64,000 bases of DNA from Bacteroidales bacterium. GTDB lineage: Bacteria > Bacteroidota > Bacteroidia > Bacteroidales > GCA-2748055. Under the pieces are notes generated by a model. That model saw nothing but the letters and a program-made list of their open reading frames with translations. It ran no database searches and was not told the DNA's origin. A program made the position numbers and the translations under genes. Where the stretch lies: positions 89,805 to 153,804 of the forward strand of contig JARGFM010000005.1 in assembly GCA_029210725.1 (NCBI GenBank). Direction: 5' to 3'. Of the stretch, positions 53,471-63,780 are shown piece after piece (the stretch's first letter is position 1; each line of letters starts with the position of its first letter).

Positions 53471-54823
53471 GTGTTATTGATCAAATTTTTTGTTTTGAAA
53501 AAGTTACTGGTATTTATTTCTCTGTTTGTTTTTTTCTTCTTTGGAGAGATGGCGATGACCTTCTCTGATAAGGGGTATCCCTCCCTTCTCAATGATGAAG
53601 AGGTGCCATTCTCTCTGCTTCTCGACAATCAATATTCTGATTATGAAGGGACGGAGAATATTGACAGGCAGGTAAAAGAGTTTATTAAGCTTTGGAAGAT
53701 TGAAGGGGCAAGTCTGGCAGTCACGAAGAATGAGCGGCTGGTTTATGCAAAGGGGTTTGGCACGGCCAACAGTGAAACCGGGGAGAATGTGAAACCCGGG
53801 CACCTGTTTCGCATTGCATCTGTTTCGAAGCTTATCACAGCGGTGGCTATTATGAAATTATATGAACAGGAAAAGCTCAGTCTGGATGAAGCCGTATTCG
53901 GAGAAGAGGGAATCTTAAACGATTCCATGTTCAGAAGCTACACAGATCCCAGAATTGAAGAGATAACGGTCCGTCAGCTGCTGAACCATACTGCCGGATG
54001 GTCCAGGTATGCAGGGGATCCCCTGTTCAATCCCCTGTACATTGCAAGGAAAATGCGTGTTCAGGCTCCTGCATCCTTTGAGCATATCCTGCAGTACACC
54101 CTTTCCCGCAAATTGAACTTCGACCCGGGGACCAATTACAGTTACTCAAATCTGGGTTATGCCATCCTGGGTAAGATCATAGAGAGAAGGAGCGGAATGC
54201 TCTACCAGGATTATGTAGTCATGCATCTTCTGAAACCCATAGGTATTCATGATATGCACATTGGCAAAAGCTATTATCATGAAAAATATCCCCATGAAGT
54301 GAGGTATCACAGCAGTGCAGGGAAAATGACCACTGCTTCCATGAATGGATCCGGTGAAATAGTGCCCATCTACTATGGAGGAAATTACATGGAGTTACTT
54401 GGTCCGGCAGGGGGCTGGGTGGCTTCGGCACCGGAACTTATCAAGTTCCTGACGGCCATTGACGGCTTTGAAGAGCAGCCGGACATTCTCTCGTCAGAAA
54501 CCATTTCCATGATGTCGAATCCACAAATGGCGGGAAAAGGACTGTTTGGCTGGAGGGGGAGCGACAGCTATGGCACCTGGTGGCGTACCGGATATCTCAG
54601 TGGCTCCTCGGCTTTGCTGGTCAGGCAGAATGACGGGATAAACTGGGTGCTTATGACCAATACAAGCACCTTTAAGCAGTCCAGAATCCATTCCTATGTA
54701 TCGCGTCTGATGTTCGGCGCTGTGGGTGCAGTTGAACAATGGCCAGGAATTGATTTGTTCTCTGTGGACGACAAAGGTCCCGGACCCATTGCAGATATTC
54801 CTGCAACAAATCCGAAACTTTAG
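53471..54823 (+). CDS. Serine hydrolase, beta-lactamase/family VIII esterase-like, membrane-anchored
   Basis: 450 aa with a GTG start (uncertain) and an N-terminal hydrophobic anchor. Motifs: the SxxK motif FRIASVSKLITAV, YSYSNLGY (the Tyr-x-Asn motif) and GPAGGW. A TAnnTTTG box (taactttg) lies just upstream. Confidence 0.85.
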   Translation: MLLIKFFVLKKLLVFISLFVFFFFGEMAMTFSDKGYPSLLNDEEVPFSLLLDNQYSDYEGTENIDRQVKEFIKLWKIEGASLAVTKNERLVYAKGFGTANSETGENVKPGHLFRIASVSKLITAVAIMKLYEQEKLSLDEAVFGEEGILNDSMFRSYTDPRIEEITVRQLLNHTAGWSRYAGDPLFNPLYIARKMRVQAPASFEHILQYTLSRKLNFDPGTNYSYSNLGYAILGKIIERRSGMLYQDYVVMHLLKPIGIHDMHIGKSYYHEKYPHEVRYHSSAGKMTTASMNGSGEIVPIYYGGNYMELLGPAGGWVASAPELIKFLTAIDGFEEQPDILSSETISMMSNPQMAGKGLFGWRGSDSYGTWWRTGYLSGSSALLVRQNDGINWVLMTNTSTFKQSRIHSYVSRLMFGAVGAVEQWPGIDLFSVDDKGPGPIADIPATNPKL

Positions 54824-54883
54824 TCACACAAATTCTTTCCCTTAGAATTTTCCTTTATCTTAGAGCGCTCAGATGAGTGTTTT

Positions 54884-55810
54884 ATGGAACTCTCAGCCAT
54901 CCAACATATCGACTCGGAAAAAGTAGCTGATTTTAAGGCTGATATTTTTATTACCACTCTGAGCTTCGAAACCCGGGCTACAAACGTAGCCCGGATGATG
55001 GAACAGGCCTCCTGCAAAAAAATAGCTCTGGAAAAAGTTCACGGTGTCAGGGAGTTTTCCTACCGCGATAACAGCAGCTATTTCGAGGAGCAGGGATTCG
55101 AGGTTTTCCAGGTAGAATCAGAAATTCCTGATGTGGCTGCTATTCTTCAAGACCTGACCGTAAATAATTCACGTATACTGATAGATTGCACCAGCATGCC
55201 ACCCGGCTGGTACTATGCGTTTTTCAGGTGGTTCTACGAGAAACATAATGGAGATGGACGGGTAAATATTCGTATTGTCTATACCATGGCCAGCTATGTT
55301 CGTCAAGCCGGCTCGCACAGGGTGAAGGAGATTTCCGATTTCCTGCATGAAGAAATAAAGCCTGGTTATGCAAAGAAAACCGCCCTGATTCTGGGTATCG
55401 GACATGAGAAAAAGATTTCCGAATCCATATATAAATTTATCAATCCAGACCTGCTTTATCTTTTTTATGCAGATCCGCCCGCAGAAAAGCGCTTTGTTGA
55501 AAAGGTCTTTATCAACAACCATAAACTGATCAACAGTGTTCCCATCAGGAACCTGATTTCCTATCCCATCAGAAACGGACAAATCATCTATCAGAGCCTC
55601 ATCGACACCATACTTCCTCTTCGGAACGATTACACCATTGTCCTGATTCCGCAGGGCCCCAAAATATTCTCCGTGGCTGCCATGCTGGTGCATATGGGAT
55701 ATCCGGATGTCAAAATCAGTTATCCTGTGCTGAAAAAGCCCCCCTTATCTGACCGTCTCCCCCGGGACGAACCCGTGGTGCTTGATATCCTTTTTGAAGG
55801 AGAGGAATAA
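54884..55810 (+). CDS. Hypothetical cytoplasmic protein (308 aa) with two tandem Rossmann-like beta-alpha modules
   Basis: The composition is clearly protein-like, with no signal peptide. Strand-helix alternation is repeated: DIFITTLSFETRA...RILIDCTSMPPGWYYAFF, then TALILGIGHEKK...TIVLIPQGPKIFSVAAML. I do not recognise the family. Confidence 0.65.
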   Translation: MELSAIQHIDSEKVADFKADIFITTLSFETRATNVARMMEQASCKKIALEKVHGVREFSYRDNSSYFEEQGFEVFQVESEIPDVAAILQDLTVNNSRILIDCTSMPPGWYYAFFRWFYEKHNGDGRVNIRIVYTMASYVRQAGSHRVKEISDFLHEEIKPGYAKKTALILGIGHEKKISESIYKFINPDLLYLFYADPPAEKRFVEKVFINNHKLINSVPIRNLISYPIRNGQIIYQSLIDTILPLRNDYTIVLIPQGPKIFSVAAMLVHMGYPDVKISYPVLKKPPLSDRLPRDEPVVLDILFEGEE

Positions 55811-55881
55811 AAACATTTTCCGGGTATTGTTGTTATACCAACGAAAACCCATTTACCACACTTTTTTCATTTGATTCTATT

Positions 55882-57234
55882 ATGGCAAATTTTGATATTA
55901 TCATGCCAAAAATGGGTGAGAGTATTGAAGAAGCAACTATTACAAACTGGTTTGTAAAAGAAGGGGACCGGATAGAGGAGGATGAGGTCCTTCTTGAAAT
56001 CGCTACCGACAAAGTTGATTCTGAGATCCCGTCACCTGTTGAGGGAGTTGTAAAAAAAATTCTTTTCAAACAGGATGAGATTGTTGCAGTAGGCACAGTA
56101 ATCGCTGTGATTGACCTGGAGGGAGATGCTTCATCCACTTCGGGCGAGGAAACAGATCCTGCAGTTGCAGAAAAGAGCAACGCACCGGATAGTGAGCCTG
56201 AACAGGAAATCAGCAGCCAGGAAGAGAAGGAAGACAAGGAAGACAAGGAAGAGATAAGTTCCACACAGGGACGGTTCTACTCCCCCCTGGTAAAAACCAT
56301 TGCTGCAAAAGAGGATGTGTCACAGGAAGAACTGAATTCCATCCAGGGAAGCGGACTGAACGGGCGGGTTCGGAAGGAAGACCTTCTTGGTTTTCTGGAG
56401 CAAAGAGGAGCCGGTAAAGCGCTCAGTGCTGAGAAGCCGGAACCCGTCGCCACTGATCCTGGAGCCCTCAGGGAACCGGCAAAGAAGGCTGTTCCGGAAA
56501 CGGTCCGGGGCAGCGAAGGAGATGAGGTGATTGAGATGAGCAGGCTGAGGAAACTGATTGCAGAACATATGATCCGCTCCAAGCAGACCTCTGCCCATGT
56601 GACCAATATGATTGAAGTGGATGTGACCAGTGTTGTGAACTGGCGGAATCAGGTAAAGGAAAACTTCCTGAAGAGAGAGGGGGTCAAACTGACCTACCTG
56701 CCGGTATTTCTGGAAGCAACAGTGAAGGCATTGAGGGATTTTCCGCAGATAAACGCCTCTGTGGACGGGGATCATATTGTCATTAAAAAGAAGATTAACC
56801 TTGGCATTGCCGTATCTCTTCCTGATAATAACCTGATTGTACCCAACATTAAAGATGCCGGAACCCTGAACCTTTCAGGAATTGCCAGGAAAATGACCGA
56901 GCTGGCCGCCGCTGCGCGCAGCAATAAGCTTAATCCTGATGATATCAGTGGCGGAACCTTCACCGTGACCAACTTTGGTTCTTTTCAAAATGATATCGGG
57001 ACACCTATTATCAACCAGCCGGAAGTGGCCATCCTGGCCGTTGGAGCTATTAAGAAAAAACCGGCGGTGATTGAGTCACCCATGGGAGATATGATAGCCA
57101 TCCGGCAGAAGATGTGGTTATCTCTTACCTATGACCACCGGATCGTTGATGGGGCACTGGGTGGTGCGTTTTTGAAGCGGCTGGGAGACTACCTGGAATC
57201 ATTTGATCCGGAAACCGGAAATTTTAAACTCTGA
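55882..57234 (+). CDS. Dihydrolipoamide acyltransferase (E2) of a 2-oxoacid (branched-chain type) dehydrogenase complex
   Basis: 450 aa. It has a lipoyl domain (LLEIATDKVDSEIPSP), an acidic linker, an E3-binding domain (SPLVKTIAAKEDV) and a catalytic domain with DHRIVDGA. Confidence 0.9.
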   Translation: MANFDIIMPKMGESIEEATITNWFVKEGDRIEEDEVLLEIATDKVDSEIPSPVEGVVKKILFKQDEIVAVGTVIAVIDLEGDASSTSGEETDPAVAEKSNAPDSEPEQEISSQEEKEDKEDKEEISSTQGRFYSPLVKTIAAKEDVSQEELNSIQGSGLNGRVRKEDLLGFLEQRGAGKALSAEKPEPVATDPGALREPAKKAVPETVRGSEGDEVIEMSRLRKLIAEHMIRSKQTSAHVTNMIEVDVTSVVNWRNQVKENFLKREGVKLTYLPVFLEATVKALRDFPQINASVDGDHIVIKKKINLGIAVSLPDNNLIVPNIKDAGTLNLSGIARKMTELAAAARSNKLNPDDISGGTFTVTNFGSFQNDIGTPIINQPEVAILAVGAIKKKPAVIESPMGDMIAIRQKMWLSLTYDHRIVDGALGGAFLKRLGDYLESFDPETGNFKL

Positions 57235-57240
57235 GCGATT

Positions 57241-59283
57241 ATGTCAACAAATAAGAAATTCAGCATAAAAAAAACAGATAAGGAGACTCTGGCAAAATGG
57301 TTTAGACTGATGCTGGTTGGCAGGGCCATTGACGACAGGGCCCCCAACTATCTGAAACAGGCAATCGGGTGGTCCTACCATGCACCATACGCGGGGCATG
57401 ATGGGATACAATTGGCTATCGGTCAGGTATTTGACCGGGAAAATGATCATTTGTTTCCCTACTACAGGGACATGCTTACTGCGTATTCTGCAGGGCTCTC
57501 GGCAGAAGAACTTATTCTGAACGGGATATCCAGAGATACGGATGTGGCAGGGGGTGGCAGACATATGTCCAACCATTTTGCCAAACCGGAATGGAACATA
57601 CATAATGTATCCTCCTGTACCGGAAATCATACCTTGCATGCAGTAGGAGTGGCAAGAGCCATGAAAAAGTACAAGTTTCCCGGTGTGGCCATAAGCTCGC
57701 AGGGAGAGTCATCCGTTTCCGAAGGCTATGTATATGAGGCCATTAACGGGGCAAGCAACGAAAAGCTTCCGGTCATTTTTGTTTTCCAGGATAATGGTTA
57801 CGGGATTTCAGTTCCCAAGGCTGACCAGACCGCCAACCGTAAAGTGGCCAATAACTTTTCCGGATTCAAGAACCTGAAAATCTTTCACTGCAACGGCAAA
57901 GATGTATTCGACAGTATGAACACCATGACCGAAGCCAAGGAGTATGTGGCCAAGCATGAACACCCGGTGATCGTTCATGCTAACTGCGTCCGGATACACT
58001 CACACTCGAATTCCGACAGGCATGATCTTTACCGCGACGATTATGAGCTGAATTATGTCTATCAGTATGATCCGCTGGCCAAATTCAGAAGACTTTTGAT
58101 CAGGTATGAGCACTTTACCGAGGCTGAGCTGGAAATCCTTGAGAATGAAGCCAGAGAGATAGTGAAGGCTGCCCATAAAGTAGGAATGAATGCCCCGCAG
58201 CCTTCTCCGGAGTCTGTTCATGACTTTGTGATTCCCGAACCATATATCAGTGACAAGTATCCCGAAGGCATTCATCATCATGAAGGAGAGCCTAAAAAAC
58301 TGATTGTAGGATTAAATGAGACCCTGAAAGCTGAATTTCGCCATAATCCGGACACGTTTATCTGGGGGCAGGACGTGGCCTATAAGGAGAAGGGTGGCAT
58401 TTTCAATGTAACCAAGGGAATGCAGCAGGAATTTGGCAAAGATCGTGTTTTTAACGGTCCCATTGCAGAAGATTTTATCATGGGAACGGCAAACGGCATG
58501 AGCAGGTTTAATGATAAACTGCGGATTGTGGTGGAAGGGGCGGAATTTGCAGATTATTTCTGGCCAGCCATGGAGCAGTTTGTGGAAACCTCTCATGAAT
58601 ACTGGCGAACCAAAGGCCAGTTTTCACCCAATATCACGGTCAGACTTGCATCGGGTGGATACATCGGGGGCGGTCTTTACCATTCGCAGACCATAGAAGG
58701 ATCCCTGACACCCCTGCCCGGAATCAGGGTAGTTTACCCCAGTTATGCGGATGACGCGGCCGGATTGCTCCGAACCAGCATACGCTCCAGGGGTACCACC
58801 CTCTTTTTGGAACCCAAAGCCCTTTATAACTCCCCCAAAGTGGCAACACCCATTCCGGATGATTTCGAAGTGCCCTTTGGTAAAGCGAGACTGAGAAGAG
58901 AAGGAACAGACATGAGCCTAATCACTTATGGTAATACAACACCCCTTTGTGTGGACCTGGCAGATAAATTCCTGAAGGATAATATCGCAAGTCTTGAGGT
59001 TCTTGACCTCCGTTCGCTTAGTCCCCTCGATACGGAGGCCATCGTGAACACCGTAAAGAAAACAGGGAAAGTTCTGGTAGTGCATGAAGACAAGGTATTT
59101 GGAGGGTTTGGGGGAGAAGTGGCCGCCATGATCAACGATCTGGCTTTTGAATACCTGGACGGACCAGTGAAAAGGGTGGGATCCACTTTTACACCGGTAG
59201 GATTCAACCGCATCCTGGAAGCCGCGATTCTGCCCGATCTGGAAAGAATCGAAAAAGCTGCGAAAGAATTGTTGAACTATTAA
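57241..59283 (+). CDS. 2-oxoacid dehydrogenase E1 component, fused alpha/beta subunits
   Basis: 680 aa. The N-terminal half is TPP-binding alpha-like and the C-terminal half is transketolase-like beta (FNGPIAEDFIMGTANGM, LDLRSLSPLD). Confidence 0.88.
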   Translation: MSTNKKFSIKKTDKETLAKWFRLMLVGRAIDDRAPNYLKQAIGWSYHAPYAGHDGIQLAIGQVFDRENDHLFPYYRDMLTAYSAGLSAEELILNGISRDTDVAGGGRHMSNHFAKPEWNIHNVSSCTGNHTLHAVGVARAMKKYKFPGVAISSQGESSVSEGYVYEAINGASNEKLPVIFVFQDNGYGISVPKADQTANRKVANNFSGFKNLKIFHCNGKDVFDSMNTMTEAKEYVAKHEHPVIVHANCVRIHSHSNSDRHDLYRDDYELNYVYQYDPLAKFRRLLIRYEHFTEAELEILENEAREIVKAAHKVGMNAPQPSPESVHDFVIPEPYISDKYPEGIHHHEGEPKKLIVGLNETLKAEFRHNPDTFIWGQDVAYKEKGGIFNVTKGMQQEFGKDRVFNGPIAEDFIMGTANGMSRFNDKLRIVVEGAEFADYFWPAMEQFVETSHEYWRTKGQFSPNITVRLASGGYIGGGLYHSQTIEGSLTPLPGIRVVYPSYADDAAGLLRTSIRSRGTTLFLEPKALYNSPKVATPIPDDFEVPFGKARLRREGTDMSLITYGNTTPLCVDLADKFLKDNIASLEVLDLRSLSPLDTEAIVNTVKKTGKVLVVHEDKVFGGFGGEVAAMINDLAFEYLDGPVKRVGSTFTPVGFNRILEAAILPDLERIEKAAKELLNY

Positions 59284-59300
59284 TACTAAAGACCCGGACC

Positions 59301-59807
59301 ATGAATAAGACCGCTATTATTTATAGTTTCAATACCAAAAAAACCGGAAAAATCGCCAGCCAGATCCAGGAGGCATTCCATGACGATCATATAGAAATGG
59401 TAAATGCTGAAGAGCTTACCGAAGAACTGTTCCTCTCCTTTGAACAGATTATCATGGGCGTCCCGACCTGGTTCGATGGCGAACTTCCCAACTACTGGGA
59501 TGAATTTGTGCCTGCCCTTGAAGATCTTGATCTGAATGGTAAAAAGATCGCCCTGTTCGGATTGGGTGATCAAACAGGATATCCGGAAAATTTCCTGGAT
59601 GGTGTTGGAATTATGGCTAAGATCCTTGAGGCTCAGGGAGCCACACTGGTGGGATTCACCTCCACGGAGGGCTACGATTATGAAAGTTCAAGAGCCGAAA
59701 GAGATGGCCAGTTCCTGGGATTAGCCATCGATTATGAAAATCAGGGTTCTATGAACAAACCCCGGATAGCTTCCTGGGTTGATCAGCTGAAAAAAGAGTT
59801 CATCTGA
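59301..59807 (+). CDS. fldA: Flavodoxin (long-chain)
   Basis: 168 aa with IIYSFNTKKTGKIA (FMN phosphate loop region), MGVPTWFDGELP and LFGLGDQTGYPENF. Confidence 0.88.
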   Translation: MNKTAIIYSFNTKKTGKIASQIQEAFHDDHIEMVNAEELTEELFLSFEQIIMGVPTWFDGELPNYWDEFVPALEDLDLNGKKIALFGLGDQTGYPENFLDGVGIMAKILEAQGATLVGFTSTEGYDYESSRAERDGQFLGLAIDYENQGSMNKPRIASWVDQLKKEFI

Positions 59808-59899
59808 GACTAATCTGCAAATTAAAACCATGTTGGATAGCATGTTTTAGCATTAATTTTGCTTCTTTTGTGGTGTACAAGCTATAATCCTTAAACTGT

Positions 59900-61405
59900 A
59901 TGACCATGGCAAAAGATCGCTTATATATTTTCGATACCACATTGAGGGACGGAGAACAGGTTCCTGGATGCCAGCTGAATACCATTGAGAAGATCGAGGT
60001 CGCCAAAGCCCTCGAGGAGCTTGGAGTGGATGTGATCGAAGCCGGATTCCCCATTTCCAGTCCGGGAGATTTCAACTCGGTCATTGAAATTTCCAAGGCC
60101 GTTACCGAACCGGTCATCTGCGCCCTTACCCGTGCAGTAAAAAAAGATATTGAAGTAGCCGCCGAGTCGCTGAAATTTGCCAAGCGTCCGAGGATCCACA
60201 CAGGTATAGGAACCTCCTATTATCATATTTATCATAAACTGAACAGTAATCCGGAGGAAATCATTAAGCGGGGAGTTGAAGCGGTCACTTATGCCAAATC
60301 ATTTGTGGAAGATGTGGAATTCTATGCTGAAGATGCAGGACGTTCAGACAATAAGTACCTGGCCCGGGTCGTGGAAGCAATGATCAATGCCGGGGCCACC
60401 GTGATTAATATTCCCGATACAACGGGCTACACCCTGCCCGATGAATACGGCAAAAAAATAAAATACCTGCTTGATCATGTGAGCAATATAGACAAAGCCA
60501 TTCTTTCCACGCACTGCCATAACGACCTGGGCATGGCTACAGCCAATACCATGAGCGGAGTGATAAATGGAGCCAGGCAGGTCGAGGTAACGATGAACGG
60601 GATAGGAGAACGTGCAGGAAATACCTCCCTGGAAGAGGTGGCCATGATTATTAAGAGCCGCAAGCACCTGAACCTGATCATCAATATTAACCCCAGGAAG
60701 ATCTATCGCACCAGCAGGCTGGTATCAACCCTGATGCGGATGCCCGTACAAGCCAACAAGGCTATTGTTGGAAGAAATGCATTTGCCCATTCATCCGGCA
60801 TTCATCAGGACGGGGTGTTGAAAAAAAGGGAGAATTACGAAATTATCAATCCCAAGTCGGTTGGGATCAACGAGTCGTCCATCCTGCTTACCGCCCGAAG
60901 CGGCAGGGCGGCATTGAAACACAGGCTGGGAAAACTCGGTTATACTTTCAGTAAAGAGGCCCTGGATAAGATCTATGATGATTTTCTTGAGCTGGCCGAC
61001 TCCAAGAAAGAGATCGTGGATGAAGATCTGAAGATACTGGCGGGAGCCAAAAACAGGGATATTAAACGAAATCTTCATCTGCTCAAGTTGCAGGTGCTGT
61101 GTGGTAAAGGCACTATCCCCGTGGCAAGCGTTTCACTCCAGTGGGAAGGGGAGTGCCATTCGGCCACAGCGGAAGGAAACGGTCCGGTAGATGCCTCTAT
61201 CAATGCGGTAAAAATGATCCTGAACCGGAAAGTGAGGATTGAGGAGTTCCTGATACAGGCCATAACCCGGGGAAGCGATGATCTGGGGAAAGTGCATATG
61301 CAGGTAGAGCATAAAAATGTGGTCTACTATGGGTTTTCCGCCTCCACGGATATAGTCACGGCATCCGTTGAAGCATTTATTGATGCCATGAGTCAAATTG
61401 TTTAG
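59900..61405 (+). CDS. leuA: 2-isopropylmalate synthase
   Basis: 501 aa with [23 protein letters not shown], and the C-terminal LeuA dimerisation/regulatory domain. Confidence 0.93.
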   Translation: MTMAKDRLYIFDTTLRDGEQVPGCQLNTIEKIEVAKALEELGVDVIEAGFPISSPGDFNSVIEISKAVTEPVICALTRAVKKDIEVAAESLKFAKRPRIHTGIGTSYYHIYHKLNSNPEEIIKRGVEAVTYAKSFVEDVEFYAEDAGRSDNKYLARVVEAMINAGATVINIPDTTGYTLPDEYGKKIKYLLDHVSNIDKAILSTHCHNDLGMATANTMSGVINGARQVEVTMNGIGERAGNTSLEEVAMIIKSRKHLNLIININPRKIYRTSRLVSTLMRMPVQANKAIVGRNAFAHSSGIHQDGVLKKRENYEIINPKSVGINESSILLTARSGRAALKHRLGKLGYTFSKEALDKIYDDFLELADSKKEIVDEDLKILAGAKNRDIKRNLHLLKLQVLCGKGTIPVASVSLQWEGECHSATAEGNGPVDASINAVKMILNRKVRIEEFLIQAITRGSDDLGKVHMQVEHKNVVYYGFSASTDIVTASVEAFIDAMSQIV

Positions 61406-61449
61406 CAGTACAGTCTCACTTTTTACAATTTTGAATTTTTTCTGAATGC

Positions 61450-63780
61450 ATGCCGAGACTACCATTTTCTCTGATCATTTGTTTATTGCTGATCTCCCCG
61501 GAAGGTTTGGGGAAATCGACGGTAAGCGGGTATGTTCGTGATGCAGCTTCGGGAGAAGCGCTGATTGCAGCCAATGTCATTATCGAAGAGCTGGGTACAG
61601 GCACCAGTACCAACGAATATGGCTTTTATGCGCTTTCAGTTGAGCCGGGAACTTATACCTTTATTTACTCCTACGTAGGGTATGCTGCAGTCTCCAGATC
61701 CATAGAACTTGCAGAGGATATGGTCCTGGATATGGAGCTTACAGAGTTGGTGCTGGAACTGGAAGAGGTAAGTATATCTTCCCGGCAGATTAATTCGAAT
61801 ATTACCAGGCTGGAGACGGGAAGCACCAGTTTATCCATTCAATCCATCCGGAAGATCCCTGCCCTGTTGGGAGAGATCGACGTGATCAAGGCCATTCAGC
61901 TCCTGCCGGGAGTTCAGGTAACCAGTGAAGGTTCCTCCGGGTTCAGCGTAAGGGGAGGGGGACGGGATCAAAACCTGATCCTTCTGGATGAATCGGTGGT
62001 ATATAATGCCAGTCATTTGTTGGGCTTTTTTTCCATATTCAATAACGATGCCATCAAAGAGGTGAAACTTTACAAGGGTGATATTCCAGCCCACTCTGGC
62101 GGCCGGCTGGCATCCCTGCTGGACATACGAATGAAGGAAGGAAACAGCAAACACTTCACCGCGAGCGGAGGGATCGGGAGCATCTCAAGCCGCCTGACAC
62201 TGGAGGGCCCGATTGTCAGGGATAAAGCTTCTTTCCTTCTTTCAGGCAGAAGGACCTATGCCGATTTGTTCCTGCTCCTCTCAAGCGACGAAAACCTGAG
62301 GAAAACCAGGCTCTACTTCCATGATCTGAACGGAAAGCTTAACTACCGGATCAACAGCAAGAACAGAATCTTTTTATCAGGGTATTCCGGCAGTGACACC
62401 TATGCGAATAAAGAGTTTGCAGGGATGGTCTTTGGTAACCGTACCCTGACTCTGCGCTGGAACCATCTCTTCAGCAATAATCTCTTCAGCAATTTTACCT
62501 TGCTTAATTCCCATTACTTCTATGACCTTGGAACACCGGAAGGGGCCGAAGACTTTTTTAACTGGAACTCCACACTGGACGATTACGGGTTCAAAGCAGA
62601 TTTTACCTTCTTCCCGAATCCTGAGCACAAAGTGCGATTTGGCACATCGGGGACTTTCCATGTGATTAAACCAGGCGAGGTCAGTGCCATCACCACCGGG
62701 GGGATCAGGCAGAAATTGGAACTGACTCATAATCATTCCCTGGAAAGTGCCATCTATCTATCGGGTGAATCAAGGCTAGGAGAAAAACTGGGACTTCGTT
62801 ATGGTTTAAGGTATTCCCTGTTTCACAACGTGGGTCCGACGACTCTGTTTCATTACGACGATCAGTACCAGCTGGTCGATTCGACCTATTACCGGCAGGG
62901 CGACTTTTTCCATTTCTATCATGGTCTGGAACCCAGGATTTCGGCCAATTACATACTTAGTGAAAAACAGTCTCTGAAAGCCAGTTATTCCCGGACCAGG
63001 CAATATTTGCAGCTGGCCAGCAACTCAAGCGCCGGCACCCCCCTGGAAATCTGGTTTCCAGCATCTCCCAATGTGGAGCCACAGCTTTCCGACCAGCTAT
63101 CCGTGGGCTATTTCAGGGATTTTCTGGATCATAAATTGCAGTCGTCTCTGGAGCTGTATTACAAAAAAATGAACAATTCCATCGATTTCAGGGATCATGC
63201 CCAGTTATTGCTAAATCCCAGGCTGGATGGTGAAATCAGGATCGGAAAGACCACCTCCCTGGGTGCAGAATTATTTTTGAAATATGAAACAGGTGCTTTC
63301 TCAGGCTGGATAAGCTATACGCTTTCAAGAACCATGCGAAAGATTCCGGAGATTAATGGTGGCAAGCCTTACCCGGCTCCTTATGATAAACCTCATGATG
63401 TGGCCCTGGTGTTGAGCTATGATTTCAGCTCACGGATCCAAATAGCGGCCAACTGGATTTACAGTACCGGCATTCCCTATACGGTACCTTCAGGAAGATA
63501 TGAAATAATGGGAAGCATCATCCCCTTATACACAGGAAGGAACCAATACAGGCTCCCGGATTATCACCGCCTGGATCTTTCCCTGACTATAAAGGGAAAA
63601 GAACGAAAAGGGAAACGCTGGAGAGGCGAGTGGAACTTCACCGCTTATAATGCTTATGCGCGGAAAAATATCTGGGCCCTCAACTTTTACCAGGACGAGG
63701 CCCGGTCAGATTTAACCTATGCCGAAATGACCTACCTGTTTTCCATTGTTCCGGCTATTACCTATAATTTCAAGTTCTGA
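61450..63780 (+). CDS. TonB-dependent receptor with N-terminal carboxypeptidase-regulatory-like domain
   Basis: 776 aa with a signal peptide, GYVRDAASGEALIAANV (CarbopepD_reg-like), a plug (IDVIKAIQLLPGVQ) and a beta-barrel ending in ITYNFKF. Confidence 0.9.
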   Translation: MPRLPFSLIICLLLISPEGLGKSTVSGYVRDAASGEALIAANVIIEELGTGTSTNEYGFYALSVEPGTYTFIYSYVGYAAVSRSIELAEDMVLDMELTELVLELEEVSISSRQINSNITRLETGSTSLSIQSIRKIPALLGEIDVIKAIQLLPGVQVTSEGSSGFSVRGGGRDQNLILLDESVVYNASHLLGFFSIFNNDAIKEVKLYKGDIPAHSGGRLASLLDIRMKEGNSKHFTASGGIGSISSRLTLEGPIVRDKASFLLSGRRTYADLFLLLSSDENLRKTRLYFHDLNGKLNYRINSKNRIFLSGYSGSDTYANKEFAGMVFGNRTLTLRWNHLFSNNLFSNFTLLNSHYFYDLGTPEGAEDFFNWNSTLDDYGFKADFTFFPNPEHKVRFGTSGTFHVIKPGEVSAITTGGIRQKLELTHNHSLESAIYLSGESRLGEKLGLRYGLRYSLFHNVGPTTLFHYDDQYQLVDSTYYRQGDFFHFYHGLEPRISANYILSEKQSLKASYSRTRQYLQLASNSSAGTPLEIWFPASPNVEPQLSDQLSVGYFRDFLDHKLQSSLELYYKKMNNSIDFRDHAQLLLNPRLDGEIRIGKTTSLGAELFLKYETGAFSGWISYTLSRTMRKIPEINGGKPYPAPYDKPHDVALVLSYDFSSRIQIAANWIYSTGIPYTVPSGRYEIMGSIIPLYTGRNQYRLPDYHRLDLSLTIKGKERKGKRWRGEWNFTAYNAYARKNIWALNFYQDEARSDLTYAEMTYLFSIVPAITYNFKF

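Noticed and set aside
59808-59899. Possible leucine leader peptide or attenuator upstream of leuA
   Set aside because: The only mini-ORF (MLDSMF) has no Leu run. The only stem (AGCA/TGCT) is 4 bp.
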